DNA from: Octopus vulgaris | Lineage: Eukaryota | DNA: 64,000 nucleotides | Assembly (NCBI GenBank): GCA_951406725.2 | Contig: OX597814.1 | Span: 23,498,001 to 23,562,000, forward strand | Direction: 5' to 3' | Shown: positions 38,994 to 52,775 of the stretch, one piece after another | Layout: every line of letters starts with the position of its first letter | Position numbering within the stretch: position 1 is the stretch's first letter | The notes under the pieces: model-generated | The model's input: the letters and a program-made list of their open reading frames with translations, nothing else | What the model was told of the DNA's origin: nothing | Database searches by the model: none | Position numbers and translations under genes: made by a program

Positions 38994-40384
38994 TTAACGT
39001 CCATTTTATATGCCAGCATGAGTTGGATAGTCTGAGAAGATCTGATGAGCCATGGGTTGTATCGTGCTCCAATGTCAGCTGGATAATAACTGATAATTGA
39101 TAATATATGTTTGGGTGGCTTGATCAATATGGTTTGGAGTGTAATAATTTGTAGATTTATTATGATTATAGTAACAGCCACATCACTACAAATTATTACA
39201 TTGCCACATCCACAAGTGACTAACACTACATATATGAAATATCTGTAAGTTTAGTAGTTGAATGATATATGGAAAGCAAAATTTTTATGTACAAAAATTG
39301 GCTTGATTTAGTCGTCAAATGTGTTAAGCAAAAGAAATGACAGAAATTTCTTCAAGAGAATTGAAAACATGAACTATATATAAATAAAAAAAAATGAACA
39401 ACAAATTCCTTGGAACTTATTGAAACCATGAATATGCAGTATGTATTGAAAACATTCTCATTCAAATTCATTGATGCCTTTCTTAAAACTCATTAAAACA
39501 TCTTAAATTTTTGTTTTTCAGCTTTTAGGCATTAAAATTCATATTCCTGTAAATAAATAGATTTGATATATTAATGTATTAGTTTTTAAAATCTGCTTTC
39601 ATTTCTTGTGCATTTACTATGATGTGCATTATAAGTTTATTTTGTTTTCTAGGAGGTTTCTTTCGTAAAGTTCTGTTTACAAAGCACATTTATAATGTAG
39701 AAATATGAATTTCTAATGACTGGAATAAATGAAGGAAAATGACATATTTTGTGCCTGTTTACAATTTTCAGTAAAATAAGCTGAATTTCACATACAAGTG
39801 AGAACAAAAGTGAGGCCTAGGGATAAATCTTTGAAATAGAGCCCTGTGTGTGTATCTGTGTGTCTGTGCGTGAGCGCGTGTGTATGTGCATACATTAAAA
39901 GTTTATACTTAATCAATGAAAGAGGAACGCAGCACTGCACTCAATACATGGTGTAGAGTATATTGTTCATTTAAACATTTCTCACAACATTAGTTTCATG
40001 TCACTGCAATCTTCATGCAAGGTATTTCTTTGGCATTTCAAGTTTGGCTTTGTATATATTACAGTGCGTCCATTTGTTTGTGTCTATCATTTTAGGGAAT
40101 GGTCACTCCCTAAATATTATTCTGTTAAGGTGGTGCTTATCATTATTGACACTCTCCATCTGGAATTCTGTTTCTACCAATGAATTTCATCTTTATATTT
40201 AGATTGCTACTTTTTATTTCATACCTTTTTGATCATTGCTAGTTACTTTTCTAGTTTTTTTTTGTCACCACATCAAATAGCTTGTCAACAAAAGACCATG
40301 CTCAATACTTATCCTTAGGGCATTCAGTGCATATTTTTTTCTTCACAAGATATACTGTTCCAATATACAAGGGCACCAACAGAC

Positions 40385-41145
40385 CGACCAACCAACCATC
40401 TGTGGAGGTATATCTCACAGCTCCCAAAACCTCTGGCGGACATCTTTATCTATAGCGTCAAATACCTTGCAGAGTTCAACATAAGCTGCAAGCATCTAAA
40501 AACTCTGCCAGCATTCAATAAGTATTCAGAGAGCCAGGGTCCTGTCAATAACTGACTTCTTTGACATGAACTACGACTGTTCAGGCTGCTTAAAGGCAAG
40601 CTGATAATTTTGCACTCTGTTGAGAATAACTCTGGCAAAGACTTTAATGGGCTTTGAAAGGAGAGTAAAAGCCCTATAGTTGTTGCTTCTGTGGCAGTTA
40701 CCTTTATCTTTTCAGAGAGGGATAATCAAGCCCTTCTTCCAATCAGGTAACATGGTGCCACTGTTCCAAATTGAACAGATGATCTGCCACAAGAACAAGA
40801 CTACAGTAAACCCACCTTTCTCAACCATCTCTCTATGGATGCCACACACACCAGCTACATTCTTGTCTTTTAATTTCTTTACTGCCATATAGATCTCATC
40901 TTCAAATGGTGAATTACAGCTGACTCTGACTGGCAGGTCGGTCACTAGCACTGAAGTCATCATAATATTCAGAACAGTACTTAGTGGGTTCACTTTATAC
41001 AACTCTTTAAAGTACAATGCCCAGTGGGCCACCACCTTGGGCTCCTCCATTAGGAGATTCCATCAGAGTCTAAGACTCCAGCACACCAATGGGGTGGCTT
41101 TGCTCCTTTAAGCATAACAATTCCCCTGTACATGAGTCAAAAGTG
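40385..41145 (-). mobile_element. RTE LINE RT fragment (inverted 5' part)
   Basis: WALYFKELY...EIYMAVKKLKDKNVAGVCGI...PDWKKGLIIPL; LAAYVELCKVFDAID. Confidence 0.8.
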
Positions 41146-41505
41146 TGACTGGTTGGGCTGATGGCAGCCTTGTCTACTGAAACAGTGAGCTCAGTACAGA
41201 TTGGGGAATCAGCATCTGACTTCTTTCCAGTTAGATCTGGGGGTCTGTCAGGGTTTCGTTTTGACTCCCACTCTGTTCAGCATCTATATGGATTAGGTGT
41301 ATAGCCAGCTGTTGCTGGATTGATTAAGTTGTGCAGCATTCATTGGGGAAACTAGGATTACTGACCTGGATTTTTCCGTGATGTGATTATTCTTACTGAG
41401 TCTCTGGACGTCTTAAGGAGCACTCTCCTTTCACTAAGCAAGGAAGCAGAATCACTCAGCCTTAGAGTTTCTTGGGTCAAGACAAAAATCCAGTCTTTCA
41501 TTCAA
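41146..41505 (+). mobile_element. RTE LINE RT fragment (continuation)
   Basis: LVGLMAAL.TETVSSV..SDFFPVRSG...PTLF...RITDLDF..DV...LSKEAESLSLRVSWVKTKIQ. Confidence 0.8.
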
Positions 41506-42991
41506 AGCTAAGATTAACTGATTACAATAGCCAGTTTCACTAGTAATCAGTTACCTGCATAATGATATTAAACTTCATTAAATTTATGATGGACATAGTT
41601 TATTTCAAATAATTCTTGAATTATCTATGGTGTGCTTGCATCATATTCATCAATATATAAAAAATGTTATATTTTAGATTAATACAGCTAAAAGCATGTT
41701 TATGCATATGCATTCACTTTTCTTTTTCCATATATTCTAACATGCAGTACATCACTAACTTATGACAGCATAAGTTAAAATATATAAAAATCATTATATG
41801 TTATAAGCAAAAGCAAGGACAAGCACTCTACATATGGCCTCTGTTATTGCCCTAAATATGTGTTTCTACTTTAAATGTTTACTTTGATAAAATATGGTTG
41901 TCTACTTATGATATTAATTTTATGATACAAGACAAGCTGCAAGTGAAGAGAATGCACTCTACCCTGCACCATTGATGTATTCAGTTACACACAACCGCCC
42001 CCACCACCACCATACATGTTTTTATCATATGCATATATACATGTTCATCTTTAAAATTCAAACTCATATCTTGACAAATCAACATCCGTAAAATCACATT
42101 AATGCATATATGCGGAAAATTGTCATACAAAAATGTCATGAGCATAAACCAAATTATTTTATAAAGAGTAGAAAGTGAAGGAAAAATGTTTGAATATCTT
42201 TGTATGCATCATGGATATCACATATTAATGCATTAATATGGCACACTGCTGAACAGATTTTACAAATCACACCACACCATAATAAAACATCCACAAACAT
42301 ATATACACATCTATAAACTTGTGAACGCACATATACACAATATATGTGCATGGTGGGGATATTGGTGATGTTATGAGAATTTAGAAAGTTTGAGAGAGTT
42401 TGAAATAAATCTTGTTTAGAATGGAGTAAATTGAAGCAGATAAAGCTATAAATAATAGCATGTAAAGATGATCATCATCACCATCATTTAAGGCCTGTCT
42501 TCCATGCTGGCATGGGTTGGATGGTTTGACAGCTCCACTTTTTTGTTTTGGTATAGTTGGATGCCCTTCCTAATGCCAACCACATTACAGAGTGGACTGG
42601 ATGCTTTTTACATGGCATCAGCACCAAAAATGACACCAAGAAACTTGCAGGACAAAGATCCTATGAAGGGCAGCTGGAGTTGGGTATCAAAGAAGGTGGA
42701 TTTGATCCAGGTGACAAAAGCTTAGTGCATGGTTGAGAGACAGAAACAGGTATCTCGCTGGTTACCTCAGTCAGTGGGAGATAGCAAGAAAGAAAATGAG
42801 TCATGTAGAGAAAATGTGAGAAAAAGAACAAGAATGAGAGAGAGCAAGAAGGAGCAAGAGAAATGGTATGAGGAAGTGAATATAAATGGGATGATAGGGG
42901 ATTGTACAGGATGCATGAGTGAGGAGTTCACATGAATGCAAAAGGGGAAGAGGAGGAAATTTATATATGTGTATGTGTGTGTATATATTTA

Positions 42992-44230
42992 TCAAGCTGA
43001 GTAAAAAGTAAGCAACATTTCAAAGCATGAAATTCATCACAATATGTTTCAACAGTGTGGAAATGTTATTCATCAAAGCAAGTACCATTATAATCAGCAC
43101 ATTTTTGCCAATGAGCTACAAGTTTGTTTATTCTGGTCACATAAAATTCTGGAGTTCTGGAGCTGAGGAATTCTTTGAATGCACTTTCAGCATTGGTTTG
43201 GTTTTTGAACTCTTTCTCTTGCTGGAAACCATCAAGGATCTTGAAAAAGTGGTAGACAGCAGGAGAAAAGTCTGGAGAATAAGCTGGGTGGGGAAGAACT
43301 TTGTAGCCAATTTCTCTCAACTTCTGGAGTGTCATTAGTGAAACGAGCATTGTCATGAAGAATGATTGGCCCTCTTCTGTTGACCAGTCTGGGATGGAGG
43401 AGTAGCAATTTTTCATCCGTTTTGGCAATTTCATGGCAATATGTTTCCACAGTAATGGTTTTTCTGGGTTTTAAGAATTTATAGTGGATAAATCCAGTAG
43501 TACACCACCAAAGAGTCACAATGACCTTCTTTTTGAAGAGCTCAGATTTAAGGAAGATTTTCTGTTTTTCCTTTTGGTCCAACCACTGCAAAGAACGTTT
43601 TTTATTGTAGGATAGAATCCACTTTTCATTGGAAGTTACAATACAGTCAAGAAATGGATCAGTCTAGTTACTGAGAAGAAGTGACAAGCAAATTTCATAT
43701 CTTTGCATTTTCTGATTTTCATTCAAATCGTGTGGTACCCATTTGTCGAATTTTTTTGATTTTCTGATTGCATGCAAATAATTGTTTTCTGGCTAACTTG
43801 AAGTTCTTTTCCCAGTTCTCAAGTGGTTTTATGTGGATCTTTCTCAATGATGGTCTTTAATTGACTGTCATCAATGACAGATGAGCGTCCACTATGCTCA
43901 CAGTATTTGAGGCTCAGGTCTTCATTGGGAAATCATTTAAACCATTTTCGAGTTGACCACTCACTGGTTATTTCCTCACCAAACATTTTGCTGGGGATTA
44001 TGAGCAGTTTCAACTGCTTAACATTCTTTTTCGAAGTTGAATAGCAAAATTGCTCGAATATCATGCTTTGACAGTTCCATTTCAAATGATTGTAACAATG
44101 GTGAAAAATTATCAATGTTAATTTATTGATGTATTTGACAAGTCTGTATTATCAGATGGAAAAAAAATGTTTAAACAGAATTCAAAACTCTTCATGGTTC
44201 AAAGCATTGCTTACATTTTACTCAACTTGA
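42992..44230 (-). mobile_element. Full-length mariner (Mos1/Hsmar-like) transposon, inactivated
   Basis: TA-flanked TIRs TCAAG(C/T)TGAGTAAAA(A/T)GTAAGCAA at both ends; 1239 bp. Confidence 0.95.
43066..44080 (-). pseudogene. Mariner DD34D-type transposase pseudogene
   Basis: MELSKHDIRAILLF start, KWVPHDL, HDNAR, HPAYSPDFSPAVYHFF (third catalytic D replaced); frameshifts. Confidence 0.92.
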
Positions 44231-44492
44231 TATACACACACACTGACACACAGTCAATAAGTGAGATCTTGAAATGCTCAATATAGAAAACATATAGTAG
44301 AGCTCAAATGATTTGAACTTACACTCTGGAGTTTTTATTGAGGACTGAGCCCACAGGGTAAAGAATAACTATAAGAAAAATCCAGGTGAGCTGATACAGA
44401 GGTAATTGTGCAGATAAACATAATTAGGCTTGATATGTATATATATACATACATACATACACATACACAAACACACACATATTATATATGTA

Positions 44493-45408
44493 CACCAAAC
44501 AATCACAATCATGGGAACCTTCTTTTCAGATGCTGAATAACATCTCTCCTTCCTCTGTTAACTCCCATATATCTTTCCCAGTTTTCAGAGTTGGCACTGT
44601 AAATATAGCCACATTGAAAGGTACAGGCATTAAACAAAATAACAGAAGCACCTAGCATCATAGCATCATAATTTTGAAATATTTATAAAACTGTCAAAAG
44701 TTTGTTTATTTTTATGTCTTTTGTGTTGTTTATTAGTGTTGCTTAAATGTTTTGCTAAAATTACTGTTCGTTTTCCAATATCATCAGAAAAAGGTAATTA
44801 AAATTCATTAAAATGACAGATCTATTGGAATTTCAAAGAGGTCAAATTGTTGGTGATTGTATGCATAACAAAAACAGCCAAAATGTTTGGTGTATCAATA
44901 AGTACTGTCTCGAAATAAATGACAGCCTTTGAGAAAGAGGGAAAAAACCTCCTCGTTGAAACAAAACTCCCAAACTTTCAGATAAGGAAAGAAAACCAAA
45001 ACTTTCAGACAGGGACTTTTGGATTCTTACATGAATTGTTAAAAAGGATCACAAAAGTACAGCTCTTAAAATTACTGCAGAGCTTAATGTCCAACTCGAG
45101 AACCCACTTTCCACAAAAACTGTTCACCAGGAGCTGCACAAAGCTGGATTTCACAGGAGGGCTGCAATCAGAAAACCACTACTTTCAAAAACAAACGTTG
45201 CAAAGCATTTAGAGTGGCATAAAATTCCAAAGAATTAGTCTCTATAGCAGTGGAAGAATGTTATTTTCTCAGACGAGTCATCATTTACCTTATTTCTGAC
45301 CACCTGCCAAGTATACGTGTGGAGACAGCCAAAAGAAGCATTTGACCCAGACTGCCTTCTTCCAACTGTTAAATATGGAAGAGAATCTGTGATAATCTGG
45401 GGTGGGGG
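44493..45408 (+). mobile_element. 3'-truncated Tc1-like transposon (transposase remnant from 44813)
   Basis: MTDLLEFQRGQIVG start, QWKNVIFSDESSFTLF, CLLPTVKYGRESVIIWG; no right TIR seen. Confidence 0.85.
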
Positions 45409-45699
45409 GGTTCCCAGATCATGAAGAATGTATCCCCCAGCATAGACTAGTTACTAGTGATTTTAGACTCGAGGCCAGAAGGATGCTAAAAAGCGGACCA
45501 ATCTGGAAAAGAAGGACTCGGAAGCTTAAGATGAGAAGGAGGAGGAGCTACAGTCCTGTGATATAGAAAGTAGCTGGGAATTCCTGCGAGACAACTTGCT
45601 GAGTGCCACAGACCAAATATATGGCTAGTGCAAAGTCCCTTCCAGACCTAGGGTAACATGGTGGTGGAACAATACTGTAAACAGGGCCATTAGAGGAAG

Positions 45700-46106
45700 T
45701 CCTGGATGAGTGGTGGGTAGCAGGGGATCTAAACAATTCCCTAAAATCACTGTCATGAAAAGCACCATCCATTATGGATATAGCTACTCACAATAGATAT
45801 GTCCTTTGCTACTTTTGTAAAAACAATTCATTCATAAACAGCCTTTCTTAGCCTAAGCACATATATTTCTCAACATATACACTCAAACATGCATGCACTA
45901 AAATAATATAAACAACCATGGAAAAGGCCAGGAAGCCACCACCCACTCAAAAACTCCAGAAGTAAACTAATAAATAGAAGCACTAGACTACACACCAAAG
46001 GATATAAATACAACCTCAATAACAAGTTGTGACTGTTTCTCACTTGATGATCACAGTCGTCTGAAACTCAAGTAGACAAACTCTGAGCTTCAGTTTCAAT
46101 AAAAGG
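45700..46106 (+). mobile_element. Probable Penelope-like 3' end/pLTR remnant with hammerhead-like core
   Basis: TATAAAT, then TTGATGA...GAAACTCAAGTA (46044-46074), then AATAAA, the usual pLTR order. Confidence 0.4.
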
Positions 46107-47099
46107 CTATATGTGTGTGTGTGTAGTCGTCGTCGTCTTTCTCCTCCTCATCATCATCGTTATTTTACATCCACTTATAATACTGGTAGGTTTGGGATGG
46201 TTTGAAGGATCAAATGTGTGAGGGAACCACATGTGGCTGTACTATTTCAGTTTTGCATGATTTCTACAACTGGACGTACTTCCTATCACTAACCACTTTA
46301 CAGAGTGTGCAGGCCACATTTCACATGACATCAGCTTTCATGAGGTCACCTTGTAACTCATAAAATTAAAGAACTCCGCAACTAAGAAGAAGATTAGAAG
46401 AGAGCATGTTGAGCATTGACGAAGTTGCAGTATGAAGAGAGAAATTTGCTAGGGGTGAGAGTAAGAGAGGCATGGTTAGGGAGTAATAGCAGGAAAGGAC
46501 TAGAAGAGAGAGTACTGGCATGGTCTAATGGGAGTCACTGGATGATGAAGACAGTGGGACAGGTTGAGTAAGAGAAGATTCAGGAATATGCCTTGTCATA
46601 TATGGATGCATGGATGAATGTGCCATGGACAAATAAAGCTAAAAGTGATGAAAAGCTAGAATGAACAGGAATTTTGGAAAAAACCCAAAATAACAGGTGT
46701 AAAAGTAATGAGCTGTGTTGTGTGCAAGAAAGGAAACACATTGGTGTAGACATGAAAGGTGACTGTTGGGTAAAGCATTTCCAAAAGCTTCATTTGGGAA
46801 GAACCTGCAGAAGTAGATTAAAGAAGACATGTGGAGACTGATCTCAGAATGCCATATCTCATAAAGAACGTGTATGTGTGTATTATATATATATATATAT
46901 ACATACATTTATATATTGCATATATATATATATATATATATATTTATGCGAGGGGGCATATGTATATGATTAAGAGGATGTATTGTGTATACATACATAC
47001 ATACATACATACATACATACATACTTACATACATATGTTGCATCATATCCCTTCAGCAACATCTTTTAACTGCCAATTGTTGAAGTGCATCCCTTGACC

Positions 47100-48247
47100 A
47101 AGTTTGTTCATATGAGGTTGATAACATCATAAGACTTGGAAGGCAGCTCTGATAACCTAGAATACATGCTCAAAGAAGCCACACGACTCCACTGCAACAT
47201 ATCATCAGGGGAAAAGACGAACCTATATGAGCAGAAGACTATGCATTGCTATGTTTGTAGAAAGCTCTGTGATGATAGTAACATTGATCATCAAAGCAGT
47301 TTATCATGGACGAATAGCTGGATTACTATCTCCCACTTTGAAGGGTATGTGTTTGCAATCTGGGAACAGGAAATATCAACCAAGTACCTGATGCACAAAA
47401 GAGGTAGAGATGTAGGAAAAGCCGTAAAATGTGACATCTGATGCAGACTTTGTGGAGTTCACATTGAAGACATCACCCACATCAAAAGTAGTTGTCTGAA
47501 AATGTTGTCATGGTATTATCTACTTATGAGACATGACATAGCTAGGACACTCTATAATGAAATCCATCGGAAGGATAATCTCGAGGAGAAAGAAATGAAA
47601 ACCCATAATACGGTAGAAGATATAGCATCTCATAATAAAAAGGAATACTGGTGGAATGTACCAGTGAAGACCTCAATAAAAATGTAAGCACAACAGACCT
47701 GGTATAATGATTTGGGATATAGAAGAGAAACTGTGCACAGTTGTGGAAATTAGCTGCCCAGAGGGTGTTAACATAAAGCTGAAGATCAGTGTAAAAGCGA
47801 ACACATATGCTGAACTATTGAGAAATTTGCAGTTTCTCTATAAAGATTACAAGTTCAGGTTTATACCTGTAAGGGGCCCTGGGATATGTAACATACTGTC
47901 TAAATACCAATCTTCAGAAATTAGGCATCTCAAAACTAGAAAGGAGAAAGCTAATTCGAAGACTACAGATCCAATTCATCGCTGGAACTGTGAAAATCTG
48001 TTAAACTTTCCAGAAGTTTATCATTTAAATATATATGAACATGTTTAGATATGTAACTATATGCATGAGAATAGATACATACATACACACAAACACATAC
48101 ATACATACATACATACATACATACATACATACATACAAAAATAACTTGTGGCTGATGTTGAAATTCCAATGAAGGAACCTTGGATCTAGATTAGAAATCA
48201 GTTCTTTCACTATTGCCAAGAAATCTTGAAATAAATAGAATAATGAC
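47100..48247 (+). mobile_element. R4-like RLE LINE 3' fragment ending in (CATA)n
   Basis: CRLCGVHIEDITHIKSSC zinc knuckle, RHD motif, HNRPGIMIWD...VVEISCP RLE motif; frameshifts and stops. Confidence 0.85.
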
Positions 48248-48870
48248 ATGCATGCATGCATGCATACATACATACATACACACATACATACATACATACA
48301 TACACACATACATACATACATACATACATACATACATACATACATACATACATACATACATACATACATACATACATACATACATACATACATAGAAGTA
48401 TATATATTTAGTTTGAGTTGATTAATTTGGCAACATGTAGAAAAATGTAGCATAGAAAATTCTACATCATTGTTTCCCATTGAATTCATTTTATGCAGTT
48501 TTGAAATGTTTTCTGGAAATCAAAATTTCTATTTTAAAATACTTTAATAATATTAAATTATGACATTTAGAAAGGTGTTCTCTGGTTTCCAATTTAAACA
48601 CCCAGTTTCCATGATGAAATAGCTGAAATACTTCAAAATACTTCAACAGAAAATTAGTGTTAATGTCAGGGTAGCTGTATTTTATCCAAACTCTATTTAA
48701 TTGATACTAACTGTTCACAAGTGTCTATGTGAAGTGATACCGTTTTAAATGAGATTTAAAGCAGAAAGGAGTTTGATGCAATTTACCAAAGAGAAAAAAA
48801 AAATTATCTTAGTACTGAAGCACAGAGCTCTAGAATTGTTAAATCGAAAAATAAAATAATTACTAATTAT

Positions 48871-49270
48871 TAGGCGCAGGAGCAGCTGTGTGGTAAGTAG
48901 CTTGCTTACCAGCCACATGGTTCCGGGTTCATTCCCACTGCATGGCAGCTTGGGCGAGTGTCTTCTACTATAGCCTCGGGCCGACCAAAGCTTTGTGAGT
49001 GGATTTGGTACATGGAAACTGAAAGAATCCCGTCGATTATATGTATATATATATGTATGTGTGTGTCTGTGTTTGTCCCCCCCAACATTGCTTGACAACC
49101 GATGGCGGTGTGTTTATGTCCCCGTAACTTAGCGGTTCGGCAAAAGAGACCAATATAATAAGTATTAGGCTTACAAAGAATAAGTCCTGGAGTCGATTTG
49201 CTCAACTAAAGGCAGTGCTCCAGCATGGCCGCAGTCAAATGACTGAAACAAGTAAAAGAGATAAAAGAGA
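48871..49270 (+). mobile_element. Family A SINE
   Basis: Full-length match to 12622 and 36206. Confidence 0.9.
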
Positions 49271-50025
49271 ATTGATATGAATGAAGCCAGTTTTACAAAT
49301 CACTGCATCAATAAAAAACACTGGTCAATCAACATATCACACTACTAGTTTGAAGGCATTTAATTTTCACAAACCTATTTCACTTAGGTGTGAAACAGTA
49401 CTGTACTAGTTATAGCTAACTGCTGAAGTTAAGTAGCCAGTATATATTTGACTGTTATTTAGTAGTATTGTGAAACTAAACTTTTAGTCTCTCTTGTGAT
49501 TTGAAGTTATAACTTGAAACAGTTTATATATTTCCCATAAAATAATATTATCCTGACAACTCTATACATCATGAATAATTTACAAGTGATACAGTTAATT
49601 ACATAATTTCAAGAGACGAGACATAGTAGTTGCATATATATTAGATAAATAGACATTTTCAAATAAAAAGAATAAAAAAATTTCCTTTTTTTTCTTTACA
49701 GAATGTCCTTGTGATATAGCAGTATCAAGAGGAAAACTAAATATATTTTCTTTTATTAATTCATAATGATTCAATTACTCACTAACTTGGTATATCAATT
49801 TCCTAATACGGTAACAGCCAAATATAAGCCATAAAATAGTTTAAATATTTTTATATAAACGTTGTAATATTAATGATTTTAGAAAAGTCATATTTAAGTA
49901 AGGTAATAATAATATTAAATTTTGAATGAATGCAGGTGTATATATATGGCATCATCTTCATTATGATTGTCATTCATAAACATTTAACATACATGTTTGA
50001 CACTGGCATGGGTTGGACTGTTTAA

Positions 50026-50246
50026 CCCTTTTGTTACCAACCCCGCTGAAACTGGCTCTGGCTCCATAGTACAAATGCCTTGTTTCCATAAGTTTTGAAT
50101 TAAAATCTTCCACCAAACCTTAGTCCCTATTTATGTTCCTAACACTAGCTTAATGATAACTAAGTTATTTTACTTAATTCTTTGTTCTATTTAGAATAAT
50201 TGAAAGAAACACAGAGCATCTCAAAATAAATACGGTAATGAAAGGG
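50026..50246. mobile_element. piggyBac-type MITE (same family as 38776, opposite orientation) inside an RTE tail
   Basis: TTAA|CCCTTTTGTTACC...GGTAATGAAAGGG|TTAT. Confidence 0.8.
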
Positions 50247-51159
50247 TTATTAGCACCTGATGAATTCAAAGACTATTTCATGCTTCAGTGTCTTCTTTGG
50301 TTAGATTTCTGAAGGTGGCTGCTCTTAACACCAACCACTTTACAGTATGTCCTAGGTATTTTTTTCTAATCACTTCTTACTCTCCATATACGCTCTTACA
50401 AACCCTCACCACTCATCCTTTCTTTTCCTTTTGTCCCCATTCAATCCTGTTCATTTTCTTGCATGTTGAAGGTTAACCCTTACATCTAGACACTCCCATC
50501 TTTATCTCCATTTCAAACTCTACCTTCACTACTCTAACCCTAATTTTGTACAATGCTCCTTCTTTGTTACTTTAACCTTTTATCACCTAGCATAAAAATG
50601 TCTTCCTCTTTATTGTAATCTCTCTCAGTTATAGGGGATCTTAGGCTTGCAAACCACATGGTAGCTTTGTGAGTGCTGGTACTTTGAAACAAGCCTCCAG
50701 TACACTCTGTAAATTGGTTGGCATCAGAAAGGTTCCATCTATAGGTAGTCATCCCAAAACAGATGACATTGGAGTTCAATGCAGTCCTCTATCTCATCCA
50801 GTTCTGTCAAACTGCTCAAACAATAGCAGTATGGAAGATGGAGATTTAAAAAATGATAGTGATAATATACATAACATGGGTGTGTGTATGTGCATGTATA
50901 TGTGTGTGTGTAAGTGTGCTTGTGTGTGTGCATATATATATATATATATATATGTTTACATGGGCATGTTCACACACATACAGACACAAATATATACACA
51001 TGCATATATACACATAAAAATGTATACATGTATACATGCATATATATATATATATATACTTGAAATTTGCAGAAAAACAAAAGATGAAGACAGGTGTATT
51101 AGTTTAACACTCAGACAGGTGAGAAAGTCATTTATGTTTTGAGCCTATGCTCTTCAACA

Positions 51160-51362
51160 GAACAGCCTGTCGTGAAATTAACGTGTGAGTGGCTGAGCAC
51201 TCCACAGACACGTGTACCCTTAACGTGGTACTCAGGGATATTCAGCGTGACACAGAGAGTGACAAGGCCGGCCCTTTGAAATACAAGTACAACAGAAACA
51301 GGAAGTAAGAGTGAGAGAAAGTTGTGGTGAAAGAGTGCAGCAGGGATCACCACCATCCCTGC
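51160..51362 (-). mobile_element. Family C SINE internal fragment
   Basis: Reverse complement of about 23515-23718. Confidence 0.85.
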
Positions 51363-51405
51363 ACATGTATATAATAATATATATATGCACATGTATATAA
51401 TAATA

Positions 51406-51459
<54 letters not shown>

Positions 51460-51837
51460 ATAATAATATAATATAATGTAATAAAATATATATATATATA
51501 CATACATATCTGCATATATATATATATATATATGAGAGAGGATGCATGGTCCAGTGATTAAGGTTTTGCATTCATAGACATGGCTTCAGTTCCTGAACCA
51601 AGTTTCGCATTTTGTTCTTGAGCAAAACACGTCATCTCATGTTATTGTGCAGTCACTTCAATACTTGACATGTGGTACACCATGCATCTGTTCAAAGAAT
51701 TTTGATTTGGTGGAGGGAATGAGCTAATGTACAATATATACATTTGATCACTGGAAACAAAGTCATTTGTTCAGCTTGTTCAGCAAGAAATTGTAGAACT
51801 GTCTTTTTTGGACTATGAGAAACTATCATCATCATTG

Positions 51838-51896
<59 letters not shown>

Positions 51897-51915
51897 ATAT
51901 ATATATATTTCTATA

Positions 51916-51985
<70 letters not shown>

Positions 51986-52775
51986 TTGTGTAAATGAACA
52001 TATATATATATACTCACACATACACACACATATATATGTAGATATACACACACTCATACACATACAGTGGCTTTTTGCTGTAATTCAAATTTAACAAAAG
52101 ATTTCCTATTTCAAAATGACAAGACATATTCATGTAAATTTATTTGAATACATTTGACTTTAAAATTCACATCCTTAACGCTATAATGTTGAACAAAGAT
52201 GCTAAATTGAAAAGAACATTAAACGTAAAATTAATATTAACGTCAATTCTGATAGATAAAATCAATTATAACCATCATGCGGTGTCAGAAATCTAAAGAT
52301 ATCTATAAATATACATTATATATTTAAGCACTTGCTGGCTTTCTGCACACATTTTGGTGTTAATGAAAAATATATAAAAAGACTGAAAAAGAAATCTATC
52401 AGAATCCTGTTGTGTTCTTAAATAGGCAGTCACAAACATTTTGTCTTGTAGCCTTAACAATTTGTAGACTTTTATGCAAACTAAGTCACCCTGGTGAGAT
52501 AAACCCTTCATACTACCATCACAAAATACACACAAGCGGAAAATAATTTCATTTTAGATCCCATGTGTTCCAGCAGTTTGGTATTGCATATCTTACTTAT
52601 TTGTTTGCTATTGAATCCTGTGGTAATATATTAAATTTCTCATCTACATCATTGTAAAAATTTAATCTTTTAATATTCTGTCATTTTCCTCCTTTTATTT
52701 TATTCAAATTTCAATTGTAACTTTTCAAGATATTAAATTGTAATTTGATTTCCGTGAATGTTACTCCCTTATCTG

